The notes beneath the pieces were generated by a model, which was not told the origin of the DNA, ran no database searches, and saw only the letters and a program-made list of their open reading frames with translations. Positions 12,701-27,700 of a stretch of 64,000 nt of DNA are shown here, one piece after another; within the stretch, counting starts at the first letter, position 1; each line of letters begins with the position of its first letter. Position numbers and translations under genes: made by a program. This DNA is from Hemiscyllium ocellatum. Lineage: Eukaryota. The stretch spans positions 64,810,048 through 64,874,047 of the forward strand of contig NC_083409.1 in the NCBI RefSeq assembly GCF_020745735.1, read 5' to 3'.

Positions 12701-15700
12701 TGTGGGACTCATATCTTATAAATAAATCTTTTCCTTAAGGAACATCCAACATTGTCACCTACATTAATATCAAAAATATTAACTTATGTTCTTGTTAAAA
12801 AAATACTTCAATTCAAATAGGATCAATTTTTGTTCCGCAGCAAAACACTAACAAGGTGGTGATGGGCAAGAACAATACTGTCACAAGAAGACTGCCCAAT
12901 TTCTATTTTGTCTATTCTTCATGACTGAGATGAGCTAGCAGCAAGAAAGGCGCTCCTCATGGACAGGTCCTCAAGGACTTCTGACAACTTAAAAGGGGTG
13001 ATGGATTTATATGTAGACAGAGTTACAACATTCATCCTAACAGAGTCTTGAGGCTTTCTAGCATTCTTACCATTCTTTTAACAGAAACTGGCACACTTTA
13101 GATACATTGACGACAGAATCTCATCATGCAAAAGGTTTCCTTCTAATAGTCATCTGTACATTGCTTCTGCAGCTGAGCAAATAAATGAAGTATGAAGCAC
13201 AATATGATTACAGTAGGCATCCCTTTTAGATTATACTGCTGGACATCGCCAGACTTGCCCCAGTTTTGAATCATTGTTGGAAGACTCCACTAATGTGTTT
13301 GTTGAGGATACTAGGTGAGCCAACTATCTTTCTTTGTCACACTGCACAGCTCTGCCTGGGTCCCATAAAGTAAAAAGCAAACATGTAGCCTATATTTCCA
13401 AATATCATAATGTTCTATGCATTGGCAAAAAACGAGATGATGGACGAACAACACAACATAAAAGCGTCATGTCAGCTGCCAGAAAGCATGCACAGAATGG
13501 CAGGAATGGAGCGGAATCCATTGCGATTCATATGGTACTTGTTCTGTGAAAAGGAGTCTGCAGGACAGTGTAAATACAGCCAATAATTGAACTTGCAACA
13601 ACCTCCAATCTAGACAAACTCCAGACTTCCGCGCTGATGCTTCTGCACAAAATACCAAATAGGGAGACCTCCCAATGACTAGCCTAATATTTATCTCTCA
13701 CCCAACATCATTTAAACAGATTACCCACTCATGTAACACATTGATCATCCGGTGTGGTATGCACAAATCAGATCCCATTTTTCTCAACAACGAAACTTAA
13801 TTTTGTTGTGGAGTCATTATATAAATGCAAGTTCTTTCTTACAGATCTGTTTGGTTCAAGTATCAAATTAACATATTCCTCAACACTAGATTTATTACTT
13901 TAGACCTAGCAACAAAGATTATATTTATCCATATATGCCTTAGGGCAGTCATGAACTATATAACAAATGAAAAATGCCCTTTTTCACTGAACAAACAGCA
14001 AGTACAAGGATTCTAAATATCATGGAAAGCTACAAAGCTTTACAAAGTTAGAGTAAATTGCACCCTTATGATACCATTAGATAGCACAATCGCAGCAGGA
14101 AGCTGTGTTCATGTAGTTTGGAGCATTTCAGTATTTTCTTTTAGTGCACTACTTGATAGATTAAGCAGGTGGAGGGCTAGAGTTTTATCACGAACTGCTT
14201 GCCTCTTTGCAACTCAATTCAATAGGCATCAATACCTGGGTAGAAAAGCATTTCTTTTCAAATCCAGCAGCTATAATCTTAAGCCTTCCAACTTCCTTGT
14301 TAGCTCGCTGCAGGATATATGCCTTCAACCTTATAAAATGACATAAGACAATTTGCAGTACACCAGACATTTAGATTTGCAAAATGTCAACTTCAATGCC
14401 TTGCCTCAGACTTGTCAATTACTGGATGTTTAATTAAGTCCTCACATAATAAAAAGAACACAGCAAATAGACATGGCCATTATGAAGATGATTTTACCTA
14501 AGAAAAGGCAAATACAGGCTGGAGTAGACATGTAATCATTTCATGAAATAATTTTACCTCTCAGGCAGTTCCTAGATATTGCAGTGCAGAAACAGAGCTC
14601 TGAAAGAAGTGTTATGTCACTGAAGAAAAATGCAAAAAGTCAAAGTGAACCTTGAAGTCCTTTAAAAAAAAGTGAAACATGTCACATCTATTGCCATCCT
14701 CTAGAGCCTCATCAGATAAACTATGTATAGCCACTGGAGTTGTCAAAGTGGCTGTCTATACGCTGGACCTTAGAATATGGCAACAGACTGATTTCCCATT
14801 CCTTGACTATCCTGCAGTATGAAAAGTACAGCTCCACATTTCTAAAGAAGCTGATTATAATCTTGTCAGAAATATAGAGCTCTTTCAATGTTTAAAAAAA
14901 AGTTTATGGTTTGCAATTGTGGGCTGAAGTTGAAATTGAACTTTGGATATTGAGCAACACTTTCTTTTCAAAAAAGCAAACAATCTGATATTTGTTTAAG
15001 GGAACTGGCCTGGAAAGCTATTGTTTTGATGCTGCAGACATTGAAATACATGAGATGTATGGTGCTCAAGGATGTTAAAGCTTGGATGTTAAAAAGGGTA
15101 ATCAAAGTGAGGCCTGTGTCAGCCAGGCAAACTAACAGAATGTTGGGGGAAAAAAAAGAGAAAACATTGATTGAAGTGGTTTGGATTGGCTTTTGGTTAG
15201 AAGGCTATGACAGCTGCTGGATGGAGTTTTGGCTGCTCTCTAGATCATATTTAGTTATCGGATAATTGAAAGTTCTGAGAAAAGAATCCCAATCTGCAAG
15301 ATGTAAGTAAAAATCTCCAGCAGTCTGCAGAAGCTGTTTGCACTGACTGATGACTTTAGAATTCAAGATATACAATCCCATGTGCCTGTGAACGACATAA
15401 TATCCAAGGACTGTGTGAAGGCTTCACTGCCATTATTCAATATTGTTTAAGTGAACTGGCCAGTTACAACTTGATTACTTACAATTAATTTATTCCTTAA
15501 GCCTGTGTGACAGATAGTGGGCTATGACTAAAGAAGATTTGGTTTAAATCATAGGCAATAATTAGATTACCTTGTTGTTTAGCTTTGCTCTGCTGAAGCT
15601 ACAGTAATAATCTTAACTTGTTAATTTCTGTTTAAGCTATAAAATCTGGGGTGTGATACCAGTTATTCATAAAGTCTGGTTAAGAACAATTAGGCAATTT

Positions 15701-18700
15701 TGAGGGTCATGGAATATTTTAATTTCACTGAGTTGTAATATGCAATGTTAGCAAGTTTGATTTGGTCAGGCTTACTATCACTGTGTTATAATAGTTGGCA
15801 GAACTCCACAGATAGTCTTGTAGCACTAAAAACATTGTGAAGATCTCACCACGGCACCAGAATGGAAGCTGCAAGGATGTTAGGTAATAATAGGTGGTAT
15901 CTTTATTTTAAAGATTAATATTTTTTACAATGATGAGACAATGAAGAAAACACTATGAATTTTGCAGACTTTTTTTTTCAAAGCTATACTGCACTTATTA
16001 TTTGGAGTTCTGAGCATTTTGATTAATTTTTAAGCTTCAGGCTTTGAGGCTTGTTCAAAAATGAAATTTTGCCATACAACAAAGTCCCATTTAAATTGTG
16101 CTACTGCATAACACAATGGTAAGTCTATTCAAGAAGATATTAGAAAACTTGTAGAATGGACTGTTAAGTGGCATATAATTTTTAACACAGATAAATATGA
16201 AATAACACACCAGTAGGAAAAAGAAGCTTGAAAAAGCATTAGAAAAGAAAACGGAGCTATGGATATAGGTGAACAGATTATTAAAAGCTGTATCACGGGT
16301 CAGCAGAAAAATTAAAAATACTATGACAAATAGCTCTATTTTTAAGAGGTGTAAAATTCAAAAGTAGTGAAGTGGTGCTAAATCCTGGTCAAATTGTATA
16401 GTACTGTGTACAGTTCTGATCTCTATACCATAAGGAGGACAATGGAACAACAGAGAAAGTGCAAGAAATACTTCTCATACCATTCTTATAAATAAGTGAT
16501 CAGAATAATTGTAGAATATTGAGCACGTTGAGGCTTCGACAGAGGGATATGCGAATTTATGGTCTGCAAGTACTTAGTCTTTAAATACAATGTGTGGGGG
16601 TGGTTTGGCTGATTATTTCCATTGATCGTAGACGCTGCATGTATCCTGCCTACATGTCTTGTACATTTGGTATAATCATTTATTTAAAAGCACTCCTGTG
16701 GTTAAAATGAACGACTCTACTGGCCACATTGGCACTATAAAAATAGGATACTCAGTGGGGAACTGTGGAACACAGATTTTGTTACAAAGAAGAAAGAGTT
16801 AATAATTTATGATTTGAAGAAGCCATGAGTGTTATTAACACTTTCCTCTGAATTCTGAACTCCATAATTCCCAAATACACAGTTTATTTGATCCTCATTA
16901 AAAAAAGAGATCAAAGCTATTGCAACAAAGCACTCACCTCTCACCTGATTTTCAACAATCAGGATCAAGGAGGGCAAAAATATTCAGGACACAGTTTTTT
17001 TAAGAGGCCCAAATGCAAGGAAATAAAAGAATTGAGACAACTAACAAGAGGTTGCAATTATATAGTAATCAGAACATAATAAAACTTGCCAAGTTGTTTC
17101 AAATGGACATTATAAAGAAAATTTGATCCCCAGTCATATAGAGCAATATTTGAGAAGTTGGTCAAAATCTTGGTCAAAGTAGTAAGTTTCAAGGGATGTA
17201 TTTCAGAAGCAAAGGGAGAGCATAACGAGGAGGGGTTTAAGGAGTAAATTCCAGAGATTAGGACCCAATCAGTTGAAGGCACAGTCACCAATGGAGAACT
17301 AAAATTTAGTATGCACAAGAGGTCAGACTTAGAGGAATGCATATTTACGTCAGAGGGTTGTGGGAGAAATAGGGAGAAACAATTTTATAAGTAAGAACTA
17401 GAATTTTATGATTGAGATATCGTTTGTCTTGAGATGTAAATCAGGGAGAACAACAGGATGAGTGAATAGGATTTAGACAACAAAAAGAGGCCACCATCTA
17501 ATATGTCTGCACTGGTAGAAAAACAAGTCACCCAGCTTAATTCAACTTTCCAGCATTTGATCCACAGCCCTGTAAGTTACAGCACTTCCTAAATGAATAG
17601 AGGGTTTGAACTTCTACTATTGTTAGGATGTGTGTTCCAGACCAACACATGCTCTCAATTAAAAAACATTTTCCTTATCTCCTGTCTAATCTATTTCCCA
17701 ATCACTTTATTCTATGGCCCGGAGTCACTGACCTCTCTGCAATGGCAAATAGGCCCTTCTCACTCATTCGAACCAAGTCCCTCACAATACTGAATGCCTC
17801 AATCAATTCTGCTCATAGCCTCTTTTGGTCAAAAGAGAAAAACCTCAATTTACCCAATCCAAGCCAACTGTGTACAGCTCCAACCATACTTGAAATGTTC
17901 AACATCATCCAGATCAAAACAGTTTACTTGATTAGCATACCATTCAGCACCTTCAACATTGTGACTGTGGTAAAGGGAGTCACAGTGGTAGCCATGTGAA
18001 GCATCTACAAGGTACATGCAGCAACTCATCTTGGCTCTTTGAACAGCACCCTCCAAACCCATGATATCCATTATCTAGAAGAAGAAGAGCTGCAAGCTGC
18101 CCTCCACGTCACACACCAGCCTGACTTGGAATTACTGCGGGAATTACTGCTAATTTCCACTGCCACTGGATCAAAATCCTAGAATTCCCTAACAGCATTG
18201 TGGGTGATCCTAGAACATGTGCACTGCATAGTTCAAAGGGACTGTTCATCACGGCCTTCTCGAAGGCCCTTAGGGAGGGGAAATAAATGTTGATTTAGCT
18301 AGCAATACTCAATATCCATGAATGGATAAAAATACCTTCCCCACAGTTGCATTTTCCAATCCTAGCAACATACTCATAAATCTCCTCTGTACTTTCTCCA
18401 GTACAATTAGATCATTTCTGTCACGATGTGACAAGAATTGCATACAGTATTCATGTTGTGGCTTAACTGATGATCCATACAGCTCTGCCATAACCTCCCT
18501 GCTCTTATATTCCATACTTTGACTCACAAAGTAAAGAATTTCACATGTCTTTTTAACCACTTTGTCAACCTGTCCTGTTACCTTTAGGGATCTGCAGACA
18601 TTCAACCCAAGTTCTCTCATTTACTCTCCAACAGTATTCTCCCATTGATTGTGTATCACCTCTCGCCTTTCTTGACTTCAAGTGCATCACCTCAAACATC

Positions 18701-21700
18701 TCTGTTGTATTCCAGTTCCCACTCTTCTGTCCACCTGACCAATCCACTAATATTCTCCTGCAGTTGCAATTTATCCAAGCTATCAAGCTACTCCTAGATT
18801 TTTCAAGGATAGAATGTCAGACCCTAGCCAGGATTATGTTGAAATAGTTATGTCTACATGTAACACTGGCTTTCAGCAGCAGATTAATGCAACGATGAAA
18901 GTAGAAATAGTTATCTTATGATGACATAGAGGTGAGATTGCACGCTCATCTCGAGTTGCAATACTGATCCTAAATTTGTGAATACTTTAGTTGCTGAGCG
19001 TCATCGGTGAACATAAAAAATAACACTGTGTTCAGATTAATTCATCATGAGGTAAGATATAGATGAGAAATGGTAGGAACATCAAGGATAAATCCTTAGA
19101 AGGAAATCAGAAATAACAATCTGGAAACAGATAGAGAAAAACCATTGCAAGCAATGCTCAAGATGCAATTAGACAGGGAAACACTGAGTCAGACAATTGA
19201 AGTCCGACACAAATGCGCAACAGTGGAAAAGAGATAGAAGAGGATGGTATCATAAATCCTGTCAAAGGCTACAGACATGTGAGAATAAGTAACTTAACTT
19301 TGTCACAGCCACACAGGATACAGGATATCATCTGTAACCGTACAGAGTCAATTTTGGGGGCTGAAGCCTGATTGGATGGCTTATGGGTAAAATGGCCACA
19401 GATTTTGGAAACAGCAACATACTCATGGACTTTGAAAAAGAAAGAGAAATAACTGGAATAGGCTAATTAATGACAGTTTAGCTGAGAATATCTTTAAATT
19501 TTAATACTGAACATTCCTAAACATATTCCCCAAAGTATGCTCAGAATAAATGTGATGCAACTGAAAAAGGAAATAAAGAGGAAATCAACTTTCTATGTCG
19601 TGAAGAGCAAGGGGTCAATGAGACGAAAATAAGAAGTTAAAATGCATCAAAGTGCAAGTTAAAACAGCAAAGGGAGATCTAGAAACAAAACATATAACAG
19701 AAATTAACAGCAAAAAAAATTACAATAGGAGTAATAGGGCATTCTGAGAAGAAGGGACAACCTGAAAGATCCAAGTGAGCTTGAAATTGAGGACAACACA
19801 AGGTTGTAAACATGCTGAACAATTACTTTCTCCAAATGTTAGCAAAGGAAGTCATGAGCGACATTCCCTATCCAAACAGAAGAGAGTTCAGATTCCAGTG
19901 CCAACAAACTTTGAAAAGAAAGGCAAACAAAGGGGCAACTCAGACCATTGAATTATCTGCAAATAAACTGAGTCAGTTTACAATACGGCACAGTGAACTA
20001 TTATGACAAATCCAAACTACATATTAGATACTGATATGAGTAGGAGGAGACAAGTTCAAATGTAGCTGAATAGCTGATCTGCTACCTTTTAAAGAATTCT
20101 CAACAATCAAAATGCATAGAAGAAAAGCTTCGGGGAGGATGCATATATATGGATGTGATAAAGTTAATACTGATTGAGTGTCACAAGTACAATGAGTGTG
20201 GTGATGTCAGGAGGACTGGCAGGGAGATTATTTAAGTTCATGAAGGAGCCAGATCTAAGTTAACGTCCTTTTATCAATCCCTGTAATAAGTACACCACAT
20301 CCCTAGTAACATACAATAAGCTATATGTTGTCTACAACAGCAAACTTATCTAGTTAGACCACTTTGATGATCAACTTGAAGGGTTTGTACTATAAGCCCC
20401 CAATACTCAGAGGAGCAAATATGTAGAGAGATCTCAGATAGATTTAAGAATAATAGGGTTGGAGGAGGAGGGGATTTTAATTTTCCATACATTGACTGGG
20501 ACTGCCAGAGTGTTATAGGCTTAGATAGTGCAGAATTTGTTAAATGTGTTCAAGAACATTTTCTTTATCAATATGTAAATATCTACTAGAGAAAGAGCAA
20601 GACTTGAACTTCTCTTGAGAAATAAAGCAGGGCAAGTGACTGAAGTGTTAGTAGGTGAACACTTTAGGACGAGTGATCATAATTCTGTTAGTTTTAAAAT
20701 TATTATGGGAAAGGATAAGCCCACCATAAAAATCAAAGTTCTTAATTGGAATAAGGCAATTTTTAAATGGTACAAGAACTTTCAAAAGTTGACTGGAATA
20801 GACAGTTCACAGGTAAAGGGATGACTGACAAATGGGAGGCTTTCAAAATTGTGATACAGAGTTTAGAGGCATTATGTTCCTGTAGAGTGGAAGATAAGAT
20901 TGGTAAGAGTAGAGAATAATGAATGCATAAAGATATGAAATTATGGTCAAGATTAATAGGTATAGACAAATGGGATCAAAGAATCTCTTGAAAAGTATAA
21001 AGTGTGTGTGGGCATTCTTAAGAGGAATATCAGGAAGGCAATGAAGGGATATGAGATAGCCTTGGCAAATAAGGTTTCAGGATAATCTGAAGAGATTCTA
21101 CAAGTTCAATAAGCACAAAACAGCAACTACAGAGAGAAAAAGATCCCTTAAAGCAGAACAAGATTGTCTATGTTTTGAACCTCAAGTGACAGAACATATT
21201 GAATGAACATTTTGTGTTGAAGAAAATAAATAGAGTCTACAGAACTCAGGGAATAAATACTGATGTTTCAAAAACATCTTACAAAACAGGAAGGTCTTAG
21301 AAAACACAAAGATGGATAAATCTCTGGGAACCGATCAATGGGCCAAGGAGTGGCAGATGAAGTTTAATTTAGATATCTGTAAGGTGCTGCATTTTGAAAA
21401 GGCAAATCAGGGCAGGATTTCTACACTTAATGGTAAGGCCCTGGGGAGTGTTGCTGAACAAAAAGACCTTGGAGTGCAGGTTCTTTGGAAGTGGAGTTGC
21501 AGGTAGATAAGATACCGAAGAAGTCGTTTAGTATGCTTTCCCTAATTGGTCAGGGCACTGAGTATTGGAGTTACGAGGTCATGTTTGTGGCTGTACAGGG
21601 CTTTGGTTAGGCCTTTTTTGGAATATTATGTGCAATTCTAGTCTCCCTCCTATCAGAAGGATGTTGTGAAACTTGCAAGGGTTCAGAAAAAATTTACAAG

Positions 21701-24700
21701 GATGCTGCTGGGATAGAGGGTGTGAGCTATAGAGAGAGGCTGAATAGGCTCAGGCTGTTTGCCCTGGAGTGTTGGAAACCGAGGAGTAACCTTGCAGAAG
21801 TTTATAAAATCATGAAGGGCATGGATAGGGTGAAAAGACAAGTCTTTTCCTGGAGATGGAGGAATCCAGAACTAGAAGGCATAGGTTTAGGGTGAGAGAG
21901 GAAACATTTTAAATGGACCTAAAGGGCAACATTTTCATGTAGAGGTTTGTGCGAGTATGATGGAAGCTGGTACAATTACCACATTTAAAAGGCATCTGGA
22001 TGGATACATGAATAGGAGGGGTTGAGAGCGATATGGGCCAAGTGCTGGCAAATGAGACTAGATTAGTTTAGGATATCTGATCAGCATGGACGAGTTGGAC
22101 TGAAGCACCTGTTTCCATGTTGTACATCTCTATATCTCTAAGTGTATCCAAGGACAATGTGAGAAGTTAAGGAAGAAATTGTGAGGCCCATAGCAGAAAT
22201 ATTTGTATCATCTGTAACTACAAGTAAGGTGTTGGAGGATTGGAAAGTGTTGTACCTTTATTTAAGAAAGACTGTAAGGAGAAGCCTGGGAACTACAGAC
22301 CTGTGAGCCTGACATTAGTGGTGGGTAAGTTGGAGATGATTCTGAAAGCTAGGATTTACATTCATCTGGAGAGACAAAGACTGATTAAGGATAATCAGCA
22401 TGGTTTTGTGCAAGGAAAATCATGTCTCTCAAACTTGGGTTGACTTTTTTGAGGAAGTAATCAAAAAGATTATTAAGGGAAGAGTGGTAGATGTTGTTGA
22501 CATGGACTTGAATAAATGTTTTGACAAGGTTCTGCTTGGCAAACTTATTAGTCAATGGGCCTAACTTTCTAATTCCAAGCCAGAAACTTTCAATGTTTTC
22601 CACAGTCAGAAACCTGGAAAATTAAGTGATTATCAGCTAGCTGCAAATGTGTTGCTGGTCAAAGCACAGCAGGTTAGGCAGCATCTCAGGAATAGAGAAT
22701 TTGACGTTTCGAGCATAAGCCCTTCATCAGGAAGACACACATGAAGTGCAGATATATGGGGGAAGGATTTATACACATGGAATTATTGATTAATTGCAGA
22801 ACTGAGAATGATAATTTTCTGTTAACCAAAGGTATTTGGGTTAGATATAGAATTAGGTCATGGATTAACTTTGATCTCAATGAATAGCAGAACAGTTACA
22901 AGAGACAAATAACTTCCCAATGTTTCAGTTGTTTAGAAAAAATGATCCACCTGTTCTGTGGCACAGTGGTTAGCATCAGGGACCTGGGTTCGATTCCAGC
23001 CTCAGGTGACTGTCCGTGCAGAATTTGCACATTCTCCCAGAGTCTGCATGAGTTTCCTCTGGGTGCTCCGGTTTCTTCCCACAATCCAAAGATGTGTAGG
23101 TTAGGTGGATTGGTCATGCTAAATTGCCCCTAGTGTTCAGGGATGTGTAGGTTAGGTGCATTAGTCAGGTGTAAATGTAGGGTAATGGGGTAGGGGAATG
23201 GGTTTGGGTGGGTTACTCTTCGTAGGGTTGATGTGGACTTGTTCTATGAGAAGATAAGAAAATAAATATTCAAAGGCAACACTGAACTAACAAAGGCTAA
23301 GCCAGTGGAGGTAGCAATTAAAATATAATGACTCTACATATCTGGATATTGGCATCAGTAATTTAAGAGCAGAACAGAAAGCTTCTGTTGAGCACATTGC
23401 TGAAGTTGGGAAGTGGACAAAGAATGGAACACCACAATTTTAAATCATTCCTCTGCACAGAGTGAGGTCATTGCCAATTAAGACAAACAGTCACAAGAAG
23501 CAGAACAATGTTGATGAAATTGCTTTCCTAAATTAACAACCTGCATTTTATTACTTGCCTGAGGGACAGCTTGTACTTCTCCATTATCCAGCGTGCTTTA
23601 TCTATCATTTGCACCCAAAGAGGCTCTTCATTCATTTGCTTCAACTCACACTTATAAGGAAGTCCTGTGTGAAAAAAAACACAAGTTCAATAATGGCTTT
23701 ACATGCAACATATTGGAAAACATTACTCTAAATCTTCTATTAAGAATTTTGCCTAAATTAAACTAAGAGAGAATAACTACTTTGACAGGTATGTTAACTG
23801 AAATATAAATCTTGCCCAGATTTTTCAAAATTCGAATCACTGACTCAGTCAGCATTTATAGCCCATGCCAAATAGTCTTTGAGAAGTAGTGGTGAGCTCC
23901 CTTCTTGAACTCTGCAACTGACTTTGGGGGGGGCGGTAAATACACCCACAGCTCTATGAGTAAGCGATTTCCAGAATTTGACCCGATGAGAGCACCAAGT
24001 CAGGATAGTGTGTGGCTTGGAGGAGAACTTGAAGGTGACGTTTGCATTCACCTGCTGCCCTTTTGCCCTTCTAGGTAGTAGAGGTCATAGGATCTGAAGG
24101 TGGTGTTGTAGGAACTTTGGTGAATTTCGAGATGGAAGGAAACTAATATTAAAGTGGAGATGGGAACTTGCAAACATTACTGTAAACAAAATAACAGCAA
24201 TATAGTAAATAATGTTGCTAAAACGTGATAAACCACCTGGACCAGATAATTTCCAAACTAATATCTCAGGAGAAGTAAGTGAGAACATTGCAGACAGCCT
24301 AACTATCAGCTTCCCAAATTCTCTTGAGGAATTGTGTATATAAGTTGGAAATCCACACATTTCATTTTGTTATTTAAGGAACTCAAGGAAAGTAAACCAA
24401 GGAATTACAGTATAGACCTGTCAACCTAAGAGCTGTTATCAGGAAATTACAAAGTCTATATTAAGAAGGGGCTGAAGATTTTCAGCCATTCAGAAAGTAA
24501 GCTGGATTTATAAAGAATAAGGCAAAACTGCCAAACATGGGAGTAGTTGCAATAGTGGACAGGACAGGTGTAAAAATAGTAATTATCTGGACTCCAAAAG
24601 ATATTTGATAAAACTCCTCATAAAGAGAATGAGTTAATGTTGATGTTCTTGAAATCAAAGAAAAATTAGTGATACACAAAAAAGGGAGGCTTTCCATTCT

Positions 24701-27700
24701 ATGAAAATTCAGGCCATAGATTCTATGCACAAAGATCATTAAATGTCATAATTAGGGACCTATTATAAACAAAAAAGCCTGATGGAATGTTCATCCTGAG
24801 GGCTAGATTAGCAGAGTTTAAAAGTGATCTTCTGGCATAACAAAATTCTGCTTAGATCATACTGAGAGTACTGTGATAAGGTCTGGGCCTTGCAGCTGAC
24901 ATATATATTGATCTCAGAGGGAGGGCAACATAGAATTTACCAGGATTATACCTGGATTTGAAAGATTACATGAACATGACTGTACTTCCTGGGATTTGAA
25001 GGTTGGGGGTGCTTTGATATAAATTGTCAAGTTATTAACAAGAATAGATGGGAGAAACTATATCCACTGGCTGGGGAGTATAGGACTAGAAGTATAATCT
25101 AAGAATTACAGTCAGATCTTCGACGATTGAAATTATTAAACAGTTCTTTAAATTATTAAAGAGTAGCAGAAAACTGAAACACACTGCCACAAATGTCAAC
25201 TGATGCTAGACCAACTAATAATTTTAAATCTGGGACAGATTTAATTCAATCACAGGCATTAAGGGATATCAAGCACTAGCAGATCAGACATGATTTTATT
25301 CAACTGTGCAACAAGTTCAAGGGGCTAAGTGGTCCACTCCTGTTTTTGTGTGTCTAAAAGGTAAGTACAGAGGGCTGAGGGATCAAGCTTGAGTAGATAC
25401 AACAAATCACTCTTGAAGCTTGGTGATGTGAGTGAAGATTTAAATACTGCTTAAATGTTTTGAGAATTTCTGACTTAACCACCTTTTCAGACAGGGAGTT
25501 CCAGATTTCCACCACCTCTTGGGTGAAAAATTCTCCTGAACTCTTCACTTAGCCTTCTATATCTTACCTTCGGGTGTAGCTTTGCTCGCTGAGCTGTAGG
25601 TTTGATATCCAGACGTTTCATTACCTGGCTAGGCAACATCATCAGTGGCGACCTCCAAGTGAAGTGAAGCTGTTGTCTCCTGCTTTCTATTTATATGTTT
25701 GCCCTGGATGGGGTTCCTGGGGTTTGTGGTGATGTCATTTCCTGTTTGTTTTCTATGGGGTTGATAGATGGTATCTAGATCTATGTGTTTGATTATGGCA
25801 TTGTGGTTGGAGTGCCAGGCCTCGAGGAATTCTCTGGCATGTCTTTGCTTAGCCTGTCCCAGGATAGATGTGTTGTCCCAGTCGAATTGGTGGTTTTTTT
25901 TCATCCATGTGTAGGGTAAAGACATGCCAGAGAATTCCTCAAGGCCTGGCACTTCAACCTCAACGCCATAAACAAACACATAGTTCTAGATACCATCTAT
26001 CAACCCCTCAGAAAATAACAGGAAATGACATCACCAGGAACCCCATCCAAGACAAACATAGAAATAGAAAGCAGGAGACAACAGCTTTGCTTCACTTGGA
26101 GGTCGCAACTGATGATGTTACCTAGCCAGGTAATGAAATGTCTGGATATCAAACCTACAGCTCAGCGAGCAAAGCTACACCCTAAACCTCAACCTGAGCT
26201 ACAAACCTTCACAAACCTCACATCTTTCCTTAGATTATGGGCCTTGAATAATAATTCCTCTACTAATGAGAAAGTGCCTTCCTTTCCACTCCATTTCTGT
26301 TGCTCATAATCCTATAGTCCTCTCTCAGGCCCCCTCTCAACCTTCACTTCTCCAAGGAAAACAGTCCCAGCTTAATCAGTCTTTTCTCAGTGCTCATAAC
26401 TTCCAGCCAGGCAGTATCCTGATAAAGCTCCTCTGCACCTTCTCTACTGCAAGCACATCCTTCTTTTTACATGGCAACCAGAACTGAATGCAGTACTCCA
26501 CTTGTGACCTAACCAGCATTTTATACCAGAGTCCCAGCATATCCCTGATCTCTTGCATTAGATGCCTCAGCTAATATGGGCAGGTATCCCATGTGTTTTC
26601 CTAAATACCTATCCACCTCCCATGATAGCTTCAGGAATCCATGGATATGTACACCAAGGTTCAGTACTTTCAGGAGTCCTCCCAATTCATTGCCTGGTTT
26701 GCCTTGTTAGCCCTCTTACTACCTCACACTGTCCTGTGTTGAATTCCGCCCACCTGAGCAGTCTGTTGATAACCTCCTGCAGATTAAGACTATCCTCCTC
26801 ACTATTTAACACTACTAATTTTCATGTTATTTCCTGTGGAATCTCATGGACGTAAAGATAGACTTCCAATTACAAAAGCATCCCTCTACAATAACCCTCT
26901 GCTTTCTGTCCTCTGGGCCAATTGTGGATTAAATGTGCCATTTTGTCATGGATTCCATGGGCCCTTAATTTCTCTACCAATCTGCCATGAGGGACCTTAT
27001 TAGAAGCCTTGTTAAAGTCCATGTGGGCCACATCAAATGCTTACCTTCAGCAACCCTCCTGGTTACCTTCTCAAAAAGTTTGATCAAAGCAACAAAGGCC
27101 ACAAATCAATAACACACTTTCAAGTCAATAGGTAAGATCTCAAAGCCATCATGGGCTCGTGTTTGCAAGATAGCAAGGGTATGTCCTGAATATTGAGATG
27201 TACATAGCATTCAAGAAAAATAGGAAGTTAAATTAAGGTGGAGGAGCAGCAATTTTAATCAAATACAGCATTAGTGCAATAGTTGTAAGAAGATCTTAAT
27301 TCAAGTGATCAAGGTGTAGAATTGGTTTTGGTGGAGATGAAGAATAGCTGGGGAAATGTCTAAAGGTCCCCTAATAGTAACCACAATGTATGACAAGATA
27401 TACAAGAAAAAGTACTAACTGTTTGTGATAAATAGATGGCAATAATATTGGAATTGAAAAATGTGTTGCTGGAAAAGTGCAGCAGGTCAGGCAGCATCCA
27501 AGGAGCAGGAGAATAATATTGGAATGTACATTTAAATAAGGTAAATCTGATTGATAACACTAGCATGGAATAGTAACCAGTTGTCATGATGGTTTTTTTG
27601 GAGCAACATGTTCTGGAATCAACCAGATTTTGGTACTGTGCAATAAGACAGGATTAATTAATGACCTCCTTATAAAGGCACCTATAGGCATCAGTGACCA

